A stretch of 64,000 bases of DNA from Chiloscyllium plagiosum (GCF_004010195.1 NC_057755.1:12594986-12658985); one strand, 5' to 3'. Shown: positions 26,764 to 39,902, numbered from the stretch's first letter. The notes: a model not told the origin generated them from the letters alone. Program-made: numbers and translations.

Positions 26764-26958
26764 CAGGTCATTCTGGTATGATGCTTGTGTTGGTAATGCG
26801 AGTTGGCTATAACGCGATTGACGAATTGTGGATGTGGTTTAGATAACATGAATTTTCTACTGACACAGGTATAGTGATCTTCGACAGTGCAATTTTCTAT
26901 AAGTGGTTTTCTATCGTGTGATGTTCTATAGTGCGAAGTTGCACCAGTACGCACTGTA
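26764..26958. mobile_element. Putative Tc1/mariner-pogo type MITE fragment; related end at about 20950-21005
   Basis: TA-preceded caggtcattctg...ctataacgcgattg terminus shared by both loci, with internal ctataacgcg-like repeats. Confidence 0.4.
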
Positions 26959-27883
26959 CAGGTCAGTTGACAGTGAAGTACATACACCTACATATGATGA
27001 AGTAAAGATACAGGTAGAACTCTGGTATTTTCTGTTCCATTACTCAGTCGTATAGAGACTAATTATCTTGCTTTGACTGGTCCATTTCAGTGTGTGGCTA
27101 ATTTGGTACAAGTTTAGGAATGATCAAAACAACCCTGAATTTAATGATAGTGAAGGTGGTAATGATGGGAACAGCCAGGCAAATGCCCTGTTCAGCCGAA
27201 GTTTGCTGTTGAGTGCTGGAGCATCTTTCCCCTCTCGACCTTTTCAGAAGCTGGAACTCCCCAACCCTTTACCTCAACAAACAGAGGCTCTGTCCAGCCC
27301 AGTATGTGCCTCCCTTTCAGCATACCCTCCTTTTGAGTATGATTTGGATTTCTCTCCCTCAACCTGCAGAACAGCTGGAACTGGTTCCCATGTCTGTAGT
27401 GTAAAGGAGACACCCCATAGAATAATAGGTTACAGCACAGGAAGAGGCCATTCATCCCACTGTATCTGTTCTAGGTGAAAAAAAACAATACTAGTTATCC
27501 ATTCTAATCCCAGTTTCCATTACCTGGTCTGTAGCCTTGCAGTATATAGCACTTCAGCTGTCGATCCAGGTATCTTTTAAAAGAGCTTTCCTAGTGATGC
27601 ACACAATTAAGAGAAGATTCTTATCAAAAGTTTTAATTGACTTTATTGCCCCAGTCTGGCAGTCAGCAAAAGGAATAGTGCTTGCTTTTGATCAAGCTGA
27701 CAGTGGCCCTGAATGTTCACAAGCTCTAAGCGTAGACTTGATGCAAGTGGGCATCTAAACCAATGAAGTGCTCTCAACAGTGAATCTGTAAGATGAGAAA
27801 TCGAGCCAAATGACCTGTCTCTTCCACCAGTAGATTTATATTCTCAGAAAAGTATGCAATTGGTAATTTTCACAGTAGCTCTG

Positions 27884-30529
27884 CACCCATCAACACACAC
27901 TCACCCATCAACACACACTCACCCATCAACACACACTCACCCATCAACACACACTCACCCATCAACACACACTCACCCATCAACACACACTCACCCATCA
28001 ACACACACTCACCCATCAACACACACTCACCCATCAACACACACTCACCCATCAACACACACTCACCCATCAACACACACTCACCCATCAACACACACTC
28101 ACCCATCAACACACACTCACCCATCAACACACACTCACCCATCAACACACACTCACCCATCAACACACACTCACCCATCAACACACACTCACCCATCAAC
28201 ACACACTCACCCATCAACACACACTCACCCATCAACACACACTCACCCATCAACACACACTCACCCATCAACACACACTCACCCATCAACACACACTCAC
28301 CCATCAACACACACTCACCCATCAACACACACTCACCCATCAACACACACTCACCCATCAACACACACTCACCCATCAACACACACTCACCCATCAACAC
28401 ACACTCACCCATCAACACACACTCACCCATCAACACACACTCACCCATCAACACACACTCACCCATCAACACACACTCACCCATCAACACACACTCACCC
28501 ATCAACACACACTCACCCATCAACACACACTCACCCATCAACACACACTCACCCATCAACACACACTCACCCATCAACACACACTCACCCATCAACACAC
28601 ACTCACCCATCAACACACACTCACCCATCAACACACACTCACCCATCAACACACACTCACCCATCAACACACACTCACCCATCAACACACACTCACCCAT
28701 CAACACACACTCACCCATCAACACACACTCACCCATCAACACACACTCACCCATCAACACACACTCACCCATCAACACACACTCACCCATCAACACACAC
28801 TCACCCATCAACACACACTCACCCATCAACACACACTCACCCATCAACACACACTCACCCATCAACACACACTCACCCATCAACACACACTCACCCATCA
28901 ACACACACTCACCCATCAACACACACTCACCCATCAACACACACTCACCCATCAACACACACTCACCCATCAACACACACTCACCCATCAACACACACTC
29001 ACCCATCAACACACACTCACCCATCAACACACACTCACCCATCAACACACACTCACCCATCAACACACACTCACCCATCAACACACACTCACCCATCAAC
29101 ACACACTCACCCATCAACACACACTCACCCATCAACACACACTCACCCATCAACACACACTCACCCATCAACACACACTCACCCATCAACACACACTCAC
29201 CCATCAACACACACTCACCCATCAACACACACTCACCCATCAACACACACTCACCCATCAACACACACTCACCCATCAACACACACTCACCCATCAACAC
29301 ACACTCACCCATCAACACACACTCACCCATCAACACACACTCACCCATCAACACACACTCACCCATCAACACACACTCACCCATCAACACACACTCACCC
29401 ATCAACACACACTCACCCATCAACACACACTCACCCATCAACACACACTCACCCATCAACACACACTCACCCATCAACACACACTCACCCATCAACACAC
29501 ACTCACCCATCAACACACACTCACCCATCAACACACACTCACCCATCAACACACACTCACCCATCAACACACACTCACCCATCAACACACACTCACCCAT
29601 CAACACACACTCACCCATCAACACACACTCACCCATCAACACACACTCACCCATCAACACACACTCACCCATCAACACACACTCACCCATCAACACACAC
29701 TCACCCATCAACACACACTCACCCATCAACACACACTCACCCATCAACACACACTCACCCATCAACACACACTCACCCATCAACACACACTCACCCATCA
29801 ACACACACTCACCCATCAACACACACTCACCCATCAACACACACTCACCCATCAACACACACTCACCCATCAACACACACTCACCCATCAACACACACTC
29901 ACCCATCAACACACACTCACCCATCAACACACACTCACCCATCAACACACACTCACCCATCAACACACACTCACCCATCAACACACACTCACCCATCAAC
30001 ACACACTCACCCATCAACACACACTCACCCATCAACACACACTCACCCATCAACACACACTCACCCATCAACACACACTCACCCATCAACACACACTCAC
30101 CCATCAACACACACTCACCCATCAACACACACTCACCCATCAACACACACTCACCCATCAACACACACTCACCCATCAACACACACTCACCCATCAACAC
30201 ACACTCACCCATCAACACACACTCACCCATCAACACACACTCACCCATCAACACACACTCACCCATCAACACACACTCACCCATCAACACACACTCACCC
30301 ATCAACACACACTCACCCATCAACACACACTCACCCATCAACACACACTCACCCATCAACACACACTCACCCATCAACACACACTCACCCATCAACACAC
30401 ACTCACCCATCAACACACACTCACCCATCAACACACACTCACCCATCAACACACACTCACCCATCAACACACACTCACCCATCAACACACACTCACCCAT
30501 CAACACACACTCACCCATCAACACACACT
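27884..30529. repeat. Perfect minisatellite (CACCCATCAACACACACT) x147
   Basis: 2646 bp = 147 x 18; no variant unit seen. It explains the 896 aa (HPSTHT)n and 887 aa (MGECVL)n ORFs. Confidence 0.97.
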
Positions 30530-31050
30530 CCACACACAGAATAGATTGGGCTCTGAAGAGATGCAGGAGTTTTAATACAGTTTGTTGACCAACCCACTTC
30601 TAGTTGGTGTGTTGCAGTGTAAATATCACAATGGAGCTGTATTCCACGTGTTATCTTGACCAGACAGATAAAAGGAGACACAGAAAATGTATGGAAAAGT
30701 GAAGTATCTTGACAGCTCTACTTATGATCAAACTGTCTCATCTTTCACCACATCTCTTCCAAACAATTATCCTTGCTCCCAAGCTCACCACTTTTCTGGT
30801 GCTTAGATACCACCACCTAAACCAAATGCTGCCACTTCTTTTCCCCATGTGTCCCAACTTTAAATCCAGCTCACTGTCCCTCTAATGCAGCGCAGGCTGC
30901 CAAATTGCTGTTGGGCCTACCTCCAGAACACTCCCCACTCAATGGAGAGCCAGACCTGTCAACCAGCTTGCTTCCAGGCACAAATCTTATTTACAGGCCT
31001 GATCAAAATTCTTCCTCCAGCATTTGTAATGTCTAGATTAGATTACTTTT

Positions 31051-31362
31051 TAGATTAGATTACTTACAGTGTGGAAACAGGCCCTTCAGCCCAACAAGTC
31101 CACACCACCCCGCCGAAGCGCAACCCACCCATACCCCTACATTTACCCCTTACCTAACACTATGGGCAATTTAGCATAGCCAATTCACCTGACCTGCACA
31201 TCTTTGGACTGTGGGAGGAAACCGGAGCACCCGGAGGAAACCCACGCAGACACGGGGAGAACGTGCAAACTCCACACAGTCAGTCGCCTGAGGCAGGAAT
31301 TGAACCCAGGTCTCTAGCGCTGTGAGGCAGCAGTGCTAACCACTGTGCCACCGTGCCGCCCA
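31051..31362 (-). mobile_element. Young HE1/V-SINE, full length
   Basis: (AGATT)n tail, V-domain and intact head. Confidence 0.92.
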
Positions 31363-31524
31363 CTATTCTGGTTTAATTTGAGGTTTGTTAGAACTCAAGT
31401 TTCCAGCTGTGGCTTTGTAAAATTAAACTTAAATTATGTACAAAGATCTGCATTCATGCTCCTCTAACCAACAAAAACACATTGATTATGCTTATATAGA
31501 TGTTTTTAAACCAACTTATTAAAT

Positions 31525-31980
31525 CACTACCAGAAGGATGTGGAAGCTTTCGCAAACTCTGTAGTGCAGCAGGATGTTGCCTGGTCTCCAGGGGATTGGC
31601 TATGAGGAAAGGTTAAAATGAGCAGGATTGTTTTCACTAGAAAGACGGCGGCTGAGGGAAGACCTGATAAAGGTCTCCAGAATTGTGAGAGGCATAGATG
31701 GGACAGAGAGTTGGAGGCTTTTTCCCAAGGGTGAAGTTTCAATTACAAGGTGGCACAGGTTCAAGGTGCGAGGGAGGTTTTTCATGCAGAGAGTGATAGG
31801 AGCCTGAAATATACTGCCAGAAGAGGTGGTGGAAGCAGGCACATTGGTGATATTTAAGAGGCATCTGGATGGTTACATGAATAGGGAGGGAATAGAGGGA
31901 TATGGACCAAAATAAGGGCAGGAGGTTTGTTTGTTTTAGTTTGGTTAGGGCATGATGACCGTCACAGGCCTGTTCCTGTG
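31525..31980 (+). mobile_element. CR1 3' fragment
   Basis: CR1 ORF2 C-terminal and 3' UTR motifs. Confidence 0.7.
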
Positions 31981-32003
31981 ATTTACTTCTTTTTGTTCTT
32001 ATT

Positions 32004-32965
32004 CTGACATCTTGTGACAGACGTCTGGAACAGGCAGGACTTAAACTTGGGCCTTCTGGCTCAAAGGTGGGGAATACTACCAATGAATCACAAGAGCCAT
32101 GGTGTCTTACTCCTTTATATTCATATAGATGAATGCAAAGAATTTTCTAATCAACCTCTTAAATGAGTACAAATATATTTTCCAAATCTACCTGATCAGA
32201 AATGTCATTTCACACCTTGGGAACAGGTGAGACTTGAATTTGGTTCAGAGTTAGGGAAGTTACCACTATACCACAGGGGCCCCAGATGAGTACAGAGTTT
32301 GAGAGTTCTGCCATTGCCCCTGTGACTCTGCTTGGAAATTGTGCAAGTGTTGGCTGATGCAAGGACAAGATCATGTTTGACTATGGTATTTTAATCAACC
32401 TGTATAGAGATGTCATTACACACCTCGATCAGGTTGGACTTGAACCTGGGCTTCCTGGCTCAGAGATAGGGACACTATCATTGCACTACAGGAGTCCTGG
32501 ATAAGTACAGAGAGAGAGATTTTTAATCAACCTGTTCAGAGATGTTATGACACACCTCTGGATTTGGTGAGACTTTAACCTGGCTTTCAGGTGGGAATTC
32601 TACCAACGCATTACAAAGGCCCTCGAGATGAGTACAGAGATATTATGATACACCCCTGGGACAGGTGGGACTTGAAGCTTGGCTCAGAGGTAGGGGCACT
32701 ACTGCTGTGCCACAAGCCTCTTTTAGATTGGGACTGCTTTATATATTTTCTGATTAACCTGTTCAGAGTGTTATGACATGCCTCTGGACTAGGTGGGACA
32801 TGAACCAAGATCTCCTCATTCAAAGTAGGGACACTACCACTTTGCCTGGATGATTCCTAAACAATCTGCACAGGATTACTATCTCTCACCTTTGGAACAG
32901 GTGGGACTTGCAGAGGTAGGGTACTACCCCTGCTTCACAAGTGATACTTAGATCAGTACAGATAA
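32004..32965 (-). repeat. Tandem array of about 7 diverged tRNA-derived SINE-like units (about 90-130 bp)
   Basis: Recurring ttttaatcaacctg..agagatgt..cacacctc..caggtgggacttgaacc..ggctcagaggtaggg.cactac. The reverse complement has A-box and B-box like motifs and matches 23460-23570. Confidence 0.7.
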
Positions 32966-33739
32966 GTCCTCAATTAATGCCCAATACCTGAGTACAATTA
33001 AACACCAAGGCTCCTTCAACAACACCTTCCAAACCTGTGACTTCTACCACCCAGAAAGATGAGGGCACAGACATTTGGGAACATACTGCCTACAAGTTCC
33101 CTTCCAAACCACGCAGCATCCTGGCTCGGAAATATATCACTGTTCCTTCAATGTTGCTGAATCAAAATCCTTCCTAACACCCTATGGAAGATTAGGGTTG
33201 AAGACAACAACTCATTTACGGCAAATAAAAATGAGCAGTAAATGCTGTCAAGACAACACCCATAATGTAGGAAATAACAAAAAAGCACACAATTAACTAG
33301 GATTGTAGAGCCTAAATCAGAAATTGAATATTAGAGATAAATCATATGCAGTAAACAAAATTTAAGATTGAAAGAAAATGATGGGCCTAGAAGAGATAGT
33401 AAAAGCAAACAGTAAATTTTAAAATATAACCATTATTTTCTTTTAACATTTACAATTCTGATTAAATTATCAATGAGTGAAACTTCATACCCCATAGAAT
33501 TGAAGCTTGCAAATACTTTTCACTATGACTTACCATGTTGTTAAAAATTCACTTACACCTGAATGCCCCAATTCTAATCTTTTGTGGAGAGTTTAAAGAG
33601 GACATGGTGGATAAATATCATAACTTCATATTCTTCTATTGACTTCAGTTTGTTGATTTGAGAGCTACTGTTAATAGGACTGCTTGTGGAGAATTTGTCT
33701 ATTTGGTACACACATTCAGCACTTTCAGAAGATGTTTTT

Positions 33740-34043
33740 TAGATTAGATTAGATTACTTACAGTGGAAACAGGCCCTTCGGCCCAACAAGTCCACACCGA
33801 AGCGCAACCCACCCAGACCCATTCCCCTACATTTACCCTTTCACCTAACACTAAGGGCAATTTAGCCTGGCCAAGTCACCTAACCTGCAGAGAGGACTGA
33901 GAGAGGAAACCGGAGCACCCGGAGGAAACCCACGCAGACATGGGGAGAATGTGCAAACTCCAGACAGACAGTCGCCTGAGGCAGGAATTGAACCCGGGTC
34001 CCTGGCCCTGTGAGGCAGCAGTGGTAACCACTGTGCCACCGTG
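33740..34043 (-). mobile_element. HE1/V-SINE
   Basis: (AGATT)n tail through to head. Confidence 0.9.
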
Positions 34044-34084
34044 CGTCCATGGTGCCTTAGTATTAGTATTTTCCTAAATAGGAG

Positions 34085-34390
34085 GAGATTATGACATGAT
34101 CACAACACTTGACTAATAATTCAGAACCTCTGGCTAATTTTCTGGGGACGAGAGTTCAAATCTCGCCATGGCAAAATTTGCATTCAATGAAAGTCAAGAA
34201 CAAAAAGCTAGCCTTGTAACCACTGTCGACTATTATAAAAACCTATCTGGTTCACTTTGGGGAAGGAAATCTTCCACCCTTCACCCAACCTGACCTAAAT
34301 GCAACTGCAGACTCTCATCTCTTTTGGGTTAATTGGCATGGGCAATAAAGGTTGGCTTAAGCAATGGCACCCATATTCATTGTTCCTTCA
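34085..34390 (+). mobile_element. Old tRNA-derived SINE (SacSINE1/Deu-SINE-like)
   Basis: B box gagttcaaatctc; core ataaaaacctatctggttcact...ggaaggaaatct; L2-like tail gggcaataaagg. Family assignment is from memory. Confidence 0.5.
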
Positions 34391-34699
34391 ACAACACATG
34401 AACCTGAATGAAATAGAAATCTGGGTCATTTGTTTCAATTGCAATACTATATTTACTTCACTTTTTTTAAAAAAAAATCTTTGATATGTTAGCTTCTAAT
34501 TAGATGCTGAAAACCGGAGAAATGCTTAGCAAAATAAAGTATATTCTGAAGGAAATTATAATCTCTACCTTTGGCCACTTCAAATATTCGACTCAAAATA
34601 AAAAAAATTGTCAAATACTGTTGCACAATTTGATAGCGTGTAAGACAAGAGAAGATTGTTGTTGTAAAGTCATATTTTGTTTCACCTTCTGCCTTACAG

Positions 34700-34819
34700 C
34701 TTTTTGACCATGTTGCTGAATGCCTGGGAGATTTCATTGAGAAACAAGAAATCAAGGATAAAAAGCTTCCACTTGGCTTCACCTTTTCCTTTCCTTGCAG
34801 ACAGAGCAAACTGGATGAG
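34700..34819 (+). CDS. HK1: Hexokinase exon 4, 120 bp (absent from the ORF track)
   Basis: Boundaries ttacag|CTTTTTGAC...GATGAG|gtgaga. Encodes [40 protein letters not shown], including the hexokinase LGFTFSFP sugar-binding motif. Confidence 0.95.
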
Positions 34820-35334
34820 GTGAGAGTGAATGGACAAAGGCAGAGAGGAGGGAGCTAGTATTTAGCAAAGAACCGTGTTCAAAACGGAACTTAATTGTAG
34901 CTATTATTTTCATAGTACACTTTATTTATCAATTGCAAAGCTTTATTTCATTTACTTTTAAAAACCAAATCTTTGACTCCGGAATTATAATTAATTGGTG
35001 GAAACTGGAGCAATCCTTTACACAGAAGTAATATATATACATAGAGAAAGAAATTATAATCTTTATCTTTGCGAATCGTGCCCTGGCAAATCAAATAACT
35101 AATACCTGACAAATTTATTTGAATTCTTTGAGGAGGTAACAAGTAGGATAATTAAAGGTGAAGCAGTTGATGTAACATATTTGGATTTTCAGAGGGCCTT
35201 TGATATGGTACCAGTTATGGTAAGAGTCCATGGTTTTGGACATAGTATATGACCACAGAAGATGGTGAACTAATAGACAGAGTTGGGATAAGGGATGCAT
35301 TTTCAGCAATCCGTGCACTATTTACAATGTACCA

Positions 35335-35760
35335 ATGTTCTCTAAGGTCTCCCCATGAATCTTGACCTTTGGAGGTTTGCTCCACAAAGCCAGGCCAGGT
35401 TAGTGGAGCACTTTGGCCTTGCTGATAGTCAGGGTGACACCCATGCTCTCATACCTCCGTAAAAGTGTGGATGGTGATCTGGAGTTCATCCTCTGAATTT
35501 GTACATAAGCAAGCATCATCTGTGTACTGCAGCTTGATGACACTGGGGTGACTTTGGGTTTGACTTGAAGACAGCAGAGATGAAATAATTTCCCACTGGT
35601 TCTGTAAGTGAGCTCCATTCCAGTGGGGACTTTGTGGGCAGTGATTTGAAGCGTGCCAGCAAGGTTGATTGCGAACAGATCAAATAAACTGTTATTATAG
35701 CCTTGCCACTCTTACTCCTGCCATCCTCAGCAACAGAGCCAACTGTGATGAAACGAATTC
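35335..35760 (-). mobile_element. RTE-clade LINE RT fragment
   Basis: YRTSGKLFHLCCLQVKPKV...YESMGVTLTISKAKVL resembles the RTE/BovB motif YRTDGKLFNLRRLQAKTKV. Confidence 0.7.
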
Positions 35761-35768
35761 AGCTGTTG

Positions 35769-36440
35769 CTACTTTCCTTTTGGGTGGTGATTACCCCCAT
35801 CAGTATTTGAAGTGGTATAGCTGTCTTGCAGCAGTATGGTCAGAGCAGCTTCCACTGCCTGTCCAGTCTGCTTTCTCCACCTAGTGGTCATCCATTCCCT
35901 TCCTGCCTGCAATGTGACCACTTTCCTGTATGTGCTATCCATGATAATGTTAGCCTTGTGGATGCTGTACAGTGTCACCCTGCTGCTCCAGCTCCGAGTT
36001 CCGGTTTCCAGGAACTGCAGCTGGAAACACTTCTGCAGATATTCTGGTCCCAGGTACTGGAGGTGTGTTTGACTTCCCACATAGACCAGGAGGAGCACGA
36101 CACTGCTTTGAGCTCTCTGTCCTTAACTTATGGCATTATGTTAAACCCTTAAGATTGTCTGTAAAATCAAAAAAAGTTAATTCTCATAGGGTCCTTCACT
36201 AGACATTTGACTATTGCACTTACAAATTATAAACTCAAATTAAATAAAGACCTCACAAAATTTGAGCAGTATAAATACTCACCCAGACTTTATTCACCTA
36301 ATAAGCTGCTTTCTCGAGCCTGACTTCACTTTTCGACGTACCCCAGGCTGCCTTGCCGGGGCGCTCTTCCAAAATAGAAGGTAAGCCACAGCAGCCGCAG
36401 CCGCGGTCTGAGCCGTGAAGATTCATGCATAAGACCCAGG
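35769..36440 (-). mobile_element. CR1 5' UTR plus ORF1 N-terminus
   Basis: LQKCFQLQFLET zinc-finger/leucine-zipper-like ORF1 remnant, preceded on the minus strand by a CpG-rich UTR-like patch (36310-36420). Confidence 0.5.
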
Positions 36441-36509
36441 GGATCATTTCTTACCTGCTTCAAACTGGTTGTATACAATCAACAACCTTTCCTTCTGTTT
36501 TTTTCAAGT

Positions 36510-37910
36510 GATGGTATTCATGGTTTCTCCAGCACCCTCCCGTTGATGGTCATTCTGGAGGGGAGAGCAAACAGCCTGTGGTTGTGATATATGCCGGTAC
36601 TAATGACAAGCTAAAAACAAAATTGGATGAGGTCCTAAAAGCAGAATTTAGAGAACAGTTGAAAAGTAGGACCTTGAAGGTAGTTATCTTGGGATGGCGT
36701 GAGGGAAAGGGTTTTAGATTTGTGGGGCATTGGGACTGGTTCTGAGGGATGTGCGACGTGTACAAACTGGATGGGTTACACCTGGACAGGAGCAAGACTG
36801 ATGTCCTTGAGGTGGTATTTGGTAGAGTGGTTGGGAGGGTTTAAATTAGAGTGGTAGGGGGATGGGAACCAGAGGAGTAGGGCAGTAGATGCAGAAATTG
36901 AGGGAGAGGTAGAAACCAAGGCAATTATGACTAAGAACAGGAAGAGGCAGGGAAACACTGCTGAAAAGAGCAGGGGAGGCAGCCTCTGAAATACGTGTTT
37001 CAATGTGAGAACTATAACAGGCAAGGGAGATGAGCTCAGAGCTTTGGTTAGTACTTGGCACTGTGACATTATCACGATTATGGAGACTTGGCTGAAAGAG
37101 GGACCAAACTGGCAGGTGAATGTCCTAGAATTTAGATGTCTCCGGTGTGGTAGACAGGGATATAAAAGGTGTGGGGGTGTTGTAAAGGAGTATCTCACAG
37201 CTGTATTGAGGGAGAATACATCAGAGGACTCGTGCAGCAAGTCAATATGGGTTGAATTCAGGAATAGAAACAGTGAAATACTAGGGTATACTACAGGCCT
37301 CCCAACAGCCAGTGGGAGATAGAGAAGAGAACATATAGACTGATTTTAGAAAGATGTTAAAAGAGCAGGGTTGTTGTGGTAGGTGATTTTATCTTCCCTG
37401 TGTTGACTGGGACTCGCTTCATATCCAGGAGTTTTGATGGGGCAGAATTTGTAAGGACCATTCAGGAGAATTTCTTGACACAATATGTAAACAATCCAAC
37501 CAAGGAAGGTGTTATACTGGATCTGGTTTTGAGAAATGAGCCTGGCCAAGTGAGTAAAGTTTCAGTGGGTGAGCATCTTGGGCGTAGTAACCATAATACT
37601 GTGAGTTTTAGGATACCTCCTGAATAGGGATAACAGCAGTCCTTGGATGAAGGTGTTAAATGGAGGAAAGCAAACTACAACAATATTAAGCAGAAACAGG
37701 AGAAGTTTGATTGGAGACGGCTGTTGAAGGTCCACATCAGACGTGGGAGTATTTCAAATGGCAGCTGATAAGCGTTCAGGACCGGCATGTTCTTGCAAGA
37801 ATGAAGGATAGGTATGGCAAGCTATGTGAAACTTGGATGACCAGGGATGTTATGACCTTGGTCAAAAGGAAAAGACAGTTATATATAAGATCTAGGAGGA
37901 TGGGAACTGA
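36510..37910 (+). mobile_element. CR1 ORF1 esterase plus ORF2 endonuclease relic
   Basis: VVIYAGTND (SGNH-like), DIITIMETWL, VVGDF and ILDLVL..EPGQV...HLGRSNHNTV apurinic endonuclease motifs. Confidence 0.8.
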
Positions 37911-38280
37911 CATACAGCCAAAGAAAGACACCACTTTGGGACAACACACTCTTCCTAAGGACCTTCTACATACTGCATGAGAATCAAAGACACACACAGG
38001 AATTCTTAGAGGAATTCTAACCAGAACTCCATCAATAAACACATTGACTTAGATCCTAACTACCTTCCGTTGGAAAAAAAGAACCGGAAATGGCATCATC
38101 CACGTTAAAAAAACCAAGACCTAGAAACAGAGAGGTGGGACATACCACCAGCGCTTCACCAGAGATTCTTACTGATGAAGTTACCTAGTATGGTGACAAA
38201 ATGTCTGAAAACACCTTCAAGCTCAGTGAGCTAACTTACAGACCTGATCATCAACCTGAGCTACAAATCTTCTCTTTAAA
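37911..38280 (+). mobile_element. Penelope 3' fragment (family 3): GIY-YIG tail plus terminal repeat
   Basis: EFLE...SINKHIDLDP-like coding remnant followed by sequence homologous to 14400-14596, with a degenerate hammerhead at about 38172. Confidence 0.65.
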
Positions 38281-38974
38281 AAAAAAGTCTCTCAATAGTC
38301 AGCGGAAGATTAGGAGCAAATATGTCAAGAGATTGCCGATAGCTGCAAGAATAATAGGGTTGTAATAATAGGGGATTTTAACTTTTCTAACATTGTCTGG
38401 GATCGCCATAGTTTTAAGGGCTTGGATGGAGAGAAATTTAAGTGTGTTCAGACAGAATTTCTCATGCAGTATGTAGAAGGTCCTACAAGAGAAGAGGCAA
38501 AACCTGACCTCCTCTTGGGAAATAAGGCAGGGCAAGTTATGGAAGTGTTAGTGACCATAATTCCATTAGTAAAATAGGTATGGTCCACAAGTTAAAGTTC
38601 CAATTTGGGGCAAGGCCAATTTTGATGATCTGAGGCATGAACTTCTACATCTAAAAATCCATACTAGACTAATGAATGGGTTGTCTTGGGGAGAAACATT
38701 GGATGGGATTGGCTTGTATTCACTGGCATTTAGAAGGGCAAGAGCCAACTTGATTGAAAAAGGTAAGATTGTGAAGGATCTTGGAGTGAAAATGGAAAAG
38801 ATCCTTTCTCTCTTGAAAGAATCTAGAACTAGATTTAAGACACAGATTAGGATTTTGTTTGTCAGAGGATTGAGAGACTTTGAATCTCTTCCTCAACAGG
38901 TGGTGGTAGCAGGGTTCTTGAATATATTTTAAAAGCAGAGGTGGCTAGATTCCTGCTCCTAACGTATGTTTGTC

Positions 38975-39411
38975 ATGACTTGGAGATACCGGTGTTGGAC
39001 TGGAGTGGACAAAATTCAAAATCACACAACACCGGGTGAAAGTCCAACAGGTTTATTTGGAAGCACTAGCTTTCGGAGTGTTGCTCCTTCATCAGGTGGT
39101 TGTGAACCTGATGAAGGAGCAGCTCTCCGAAAGCTAGTGCTTCCAAATAAACCTGTGGGATTATAACCTGGTGTTAGAAAGTTGTTGGATGTTGCAGATG
39201 TTGGAGATCAGAGTCAAGAGTGTGGTGCTGAAAAAGCACAGCGGATCAGGAGAATCAATGTTTTGGGAATAAGCTCTTCATCAGGAGTGACATGATGAAG
39301 GGCTTAGGCCTGAAACGCCGATTCCCCTGCTCTTCAGATGCTGCCTGACCTGCTGTGCTTTTCCAGCACCACACACTCTCGACTATAACTGGTGTTGTGT
39401 GATTTTTAACC
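38975..39411. mobile_element. Palindromic Penelope-derived element (family 2) with a family 1 element nested inside (about 39176-39383)
   Basis: Outer TSD atgtttgtc; inner TSD tataacctggtgtt/tataactggtgtt; intact hammerhead core at 39064-39098 (minus) and a second core from 39108 (plus). Confidence 0.82.
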
Positions 39412-39791
39412 ATGTTTGTCTGTTAAATTTGTATGTCAGAACCCTTCTGCCAGTTGTTCCTTTACTATTAATGAGGGCAGCTGTTGTCTGTATTTGTAAT
39501 TTACTCCTCAAATCTGTAGATTCTCAGTGTTGACTGCTGTATAGTAAAGAGAAGCAATTTGAAACCAGGTGGCAAAGGCAGAGATTTATTATGAAAGCCA
39601 CTCAAAACAATGTTCCAAAAATGAAACTATCATATTATACTAAGGCTAGCAGACATTCAGTTACTTATTTTTAAATGTACTTTTCTCTTTCACTTTATGA
39701 AGTATTTGCTTTCAAAGTACATTGCTGTTCTATGAAACTTAAGTATTAGTTACAGAATTCATAGATATTCATGTAGTCCTCTTTCTGTCAG

Positions 39792-39887
39792 AGTGTTCTG
39801 ATCACATGGACGAAAGGTTTCAAAGCAAGTGGAGTGGAAGGTTCCGATGTGGTGAAGCTACTTCGCAAGGCTATCGACAAGAGAGGG
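39792..39887 (+). CDS. HK1: Hexokinase exon 5, 96 bp (absent from the ORF track)
   Basis: Boundaries tgtcag|AGTGTT...AGAGGG|gtacgt. Encodes [32 protein letters not shown]. Confidence 0.95.
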
Positions 39888-39902
39888 GTACGTTTGAGTG
39901 AA

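Noticed and set aside
27884..30529. CRISPR array or telomeric repeat
   Set aside because: There are no spacers or cas genes, the context is eukaryotic, and the unit is not TTAGGG-based.
27854..30544. 896 aa His/Thr-rich ORF and 887 aa antisense ORF as real proteins
   Set aside because: Both arise from a stop-free 18 bp repeat in an intron; there is no synonymous variation between units and no unique domain.
32004..32965. CRISPR-like repeat-spacer array or functional tRNA gene cluster
   Set aside because: The segments between the short motifs are homologous to each other rather than unique, and the units are too degenerate to draw cloverleaves.
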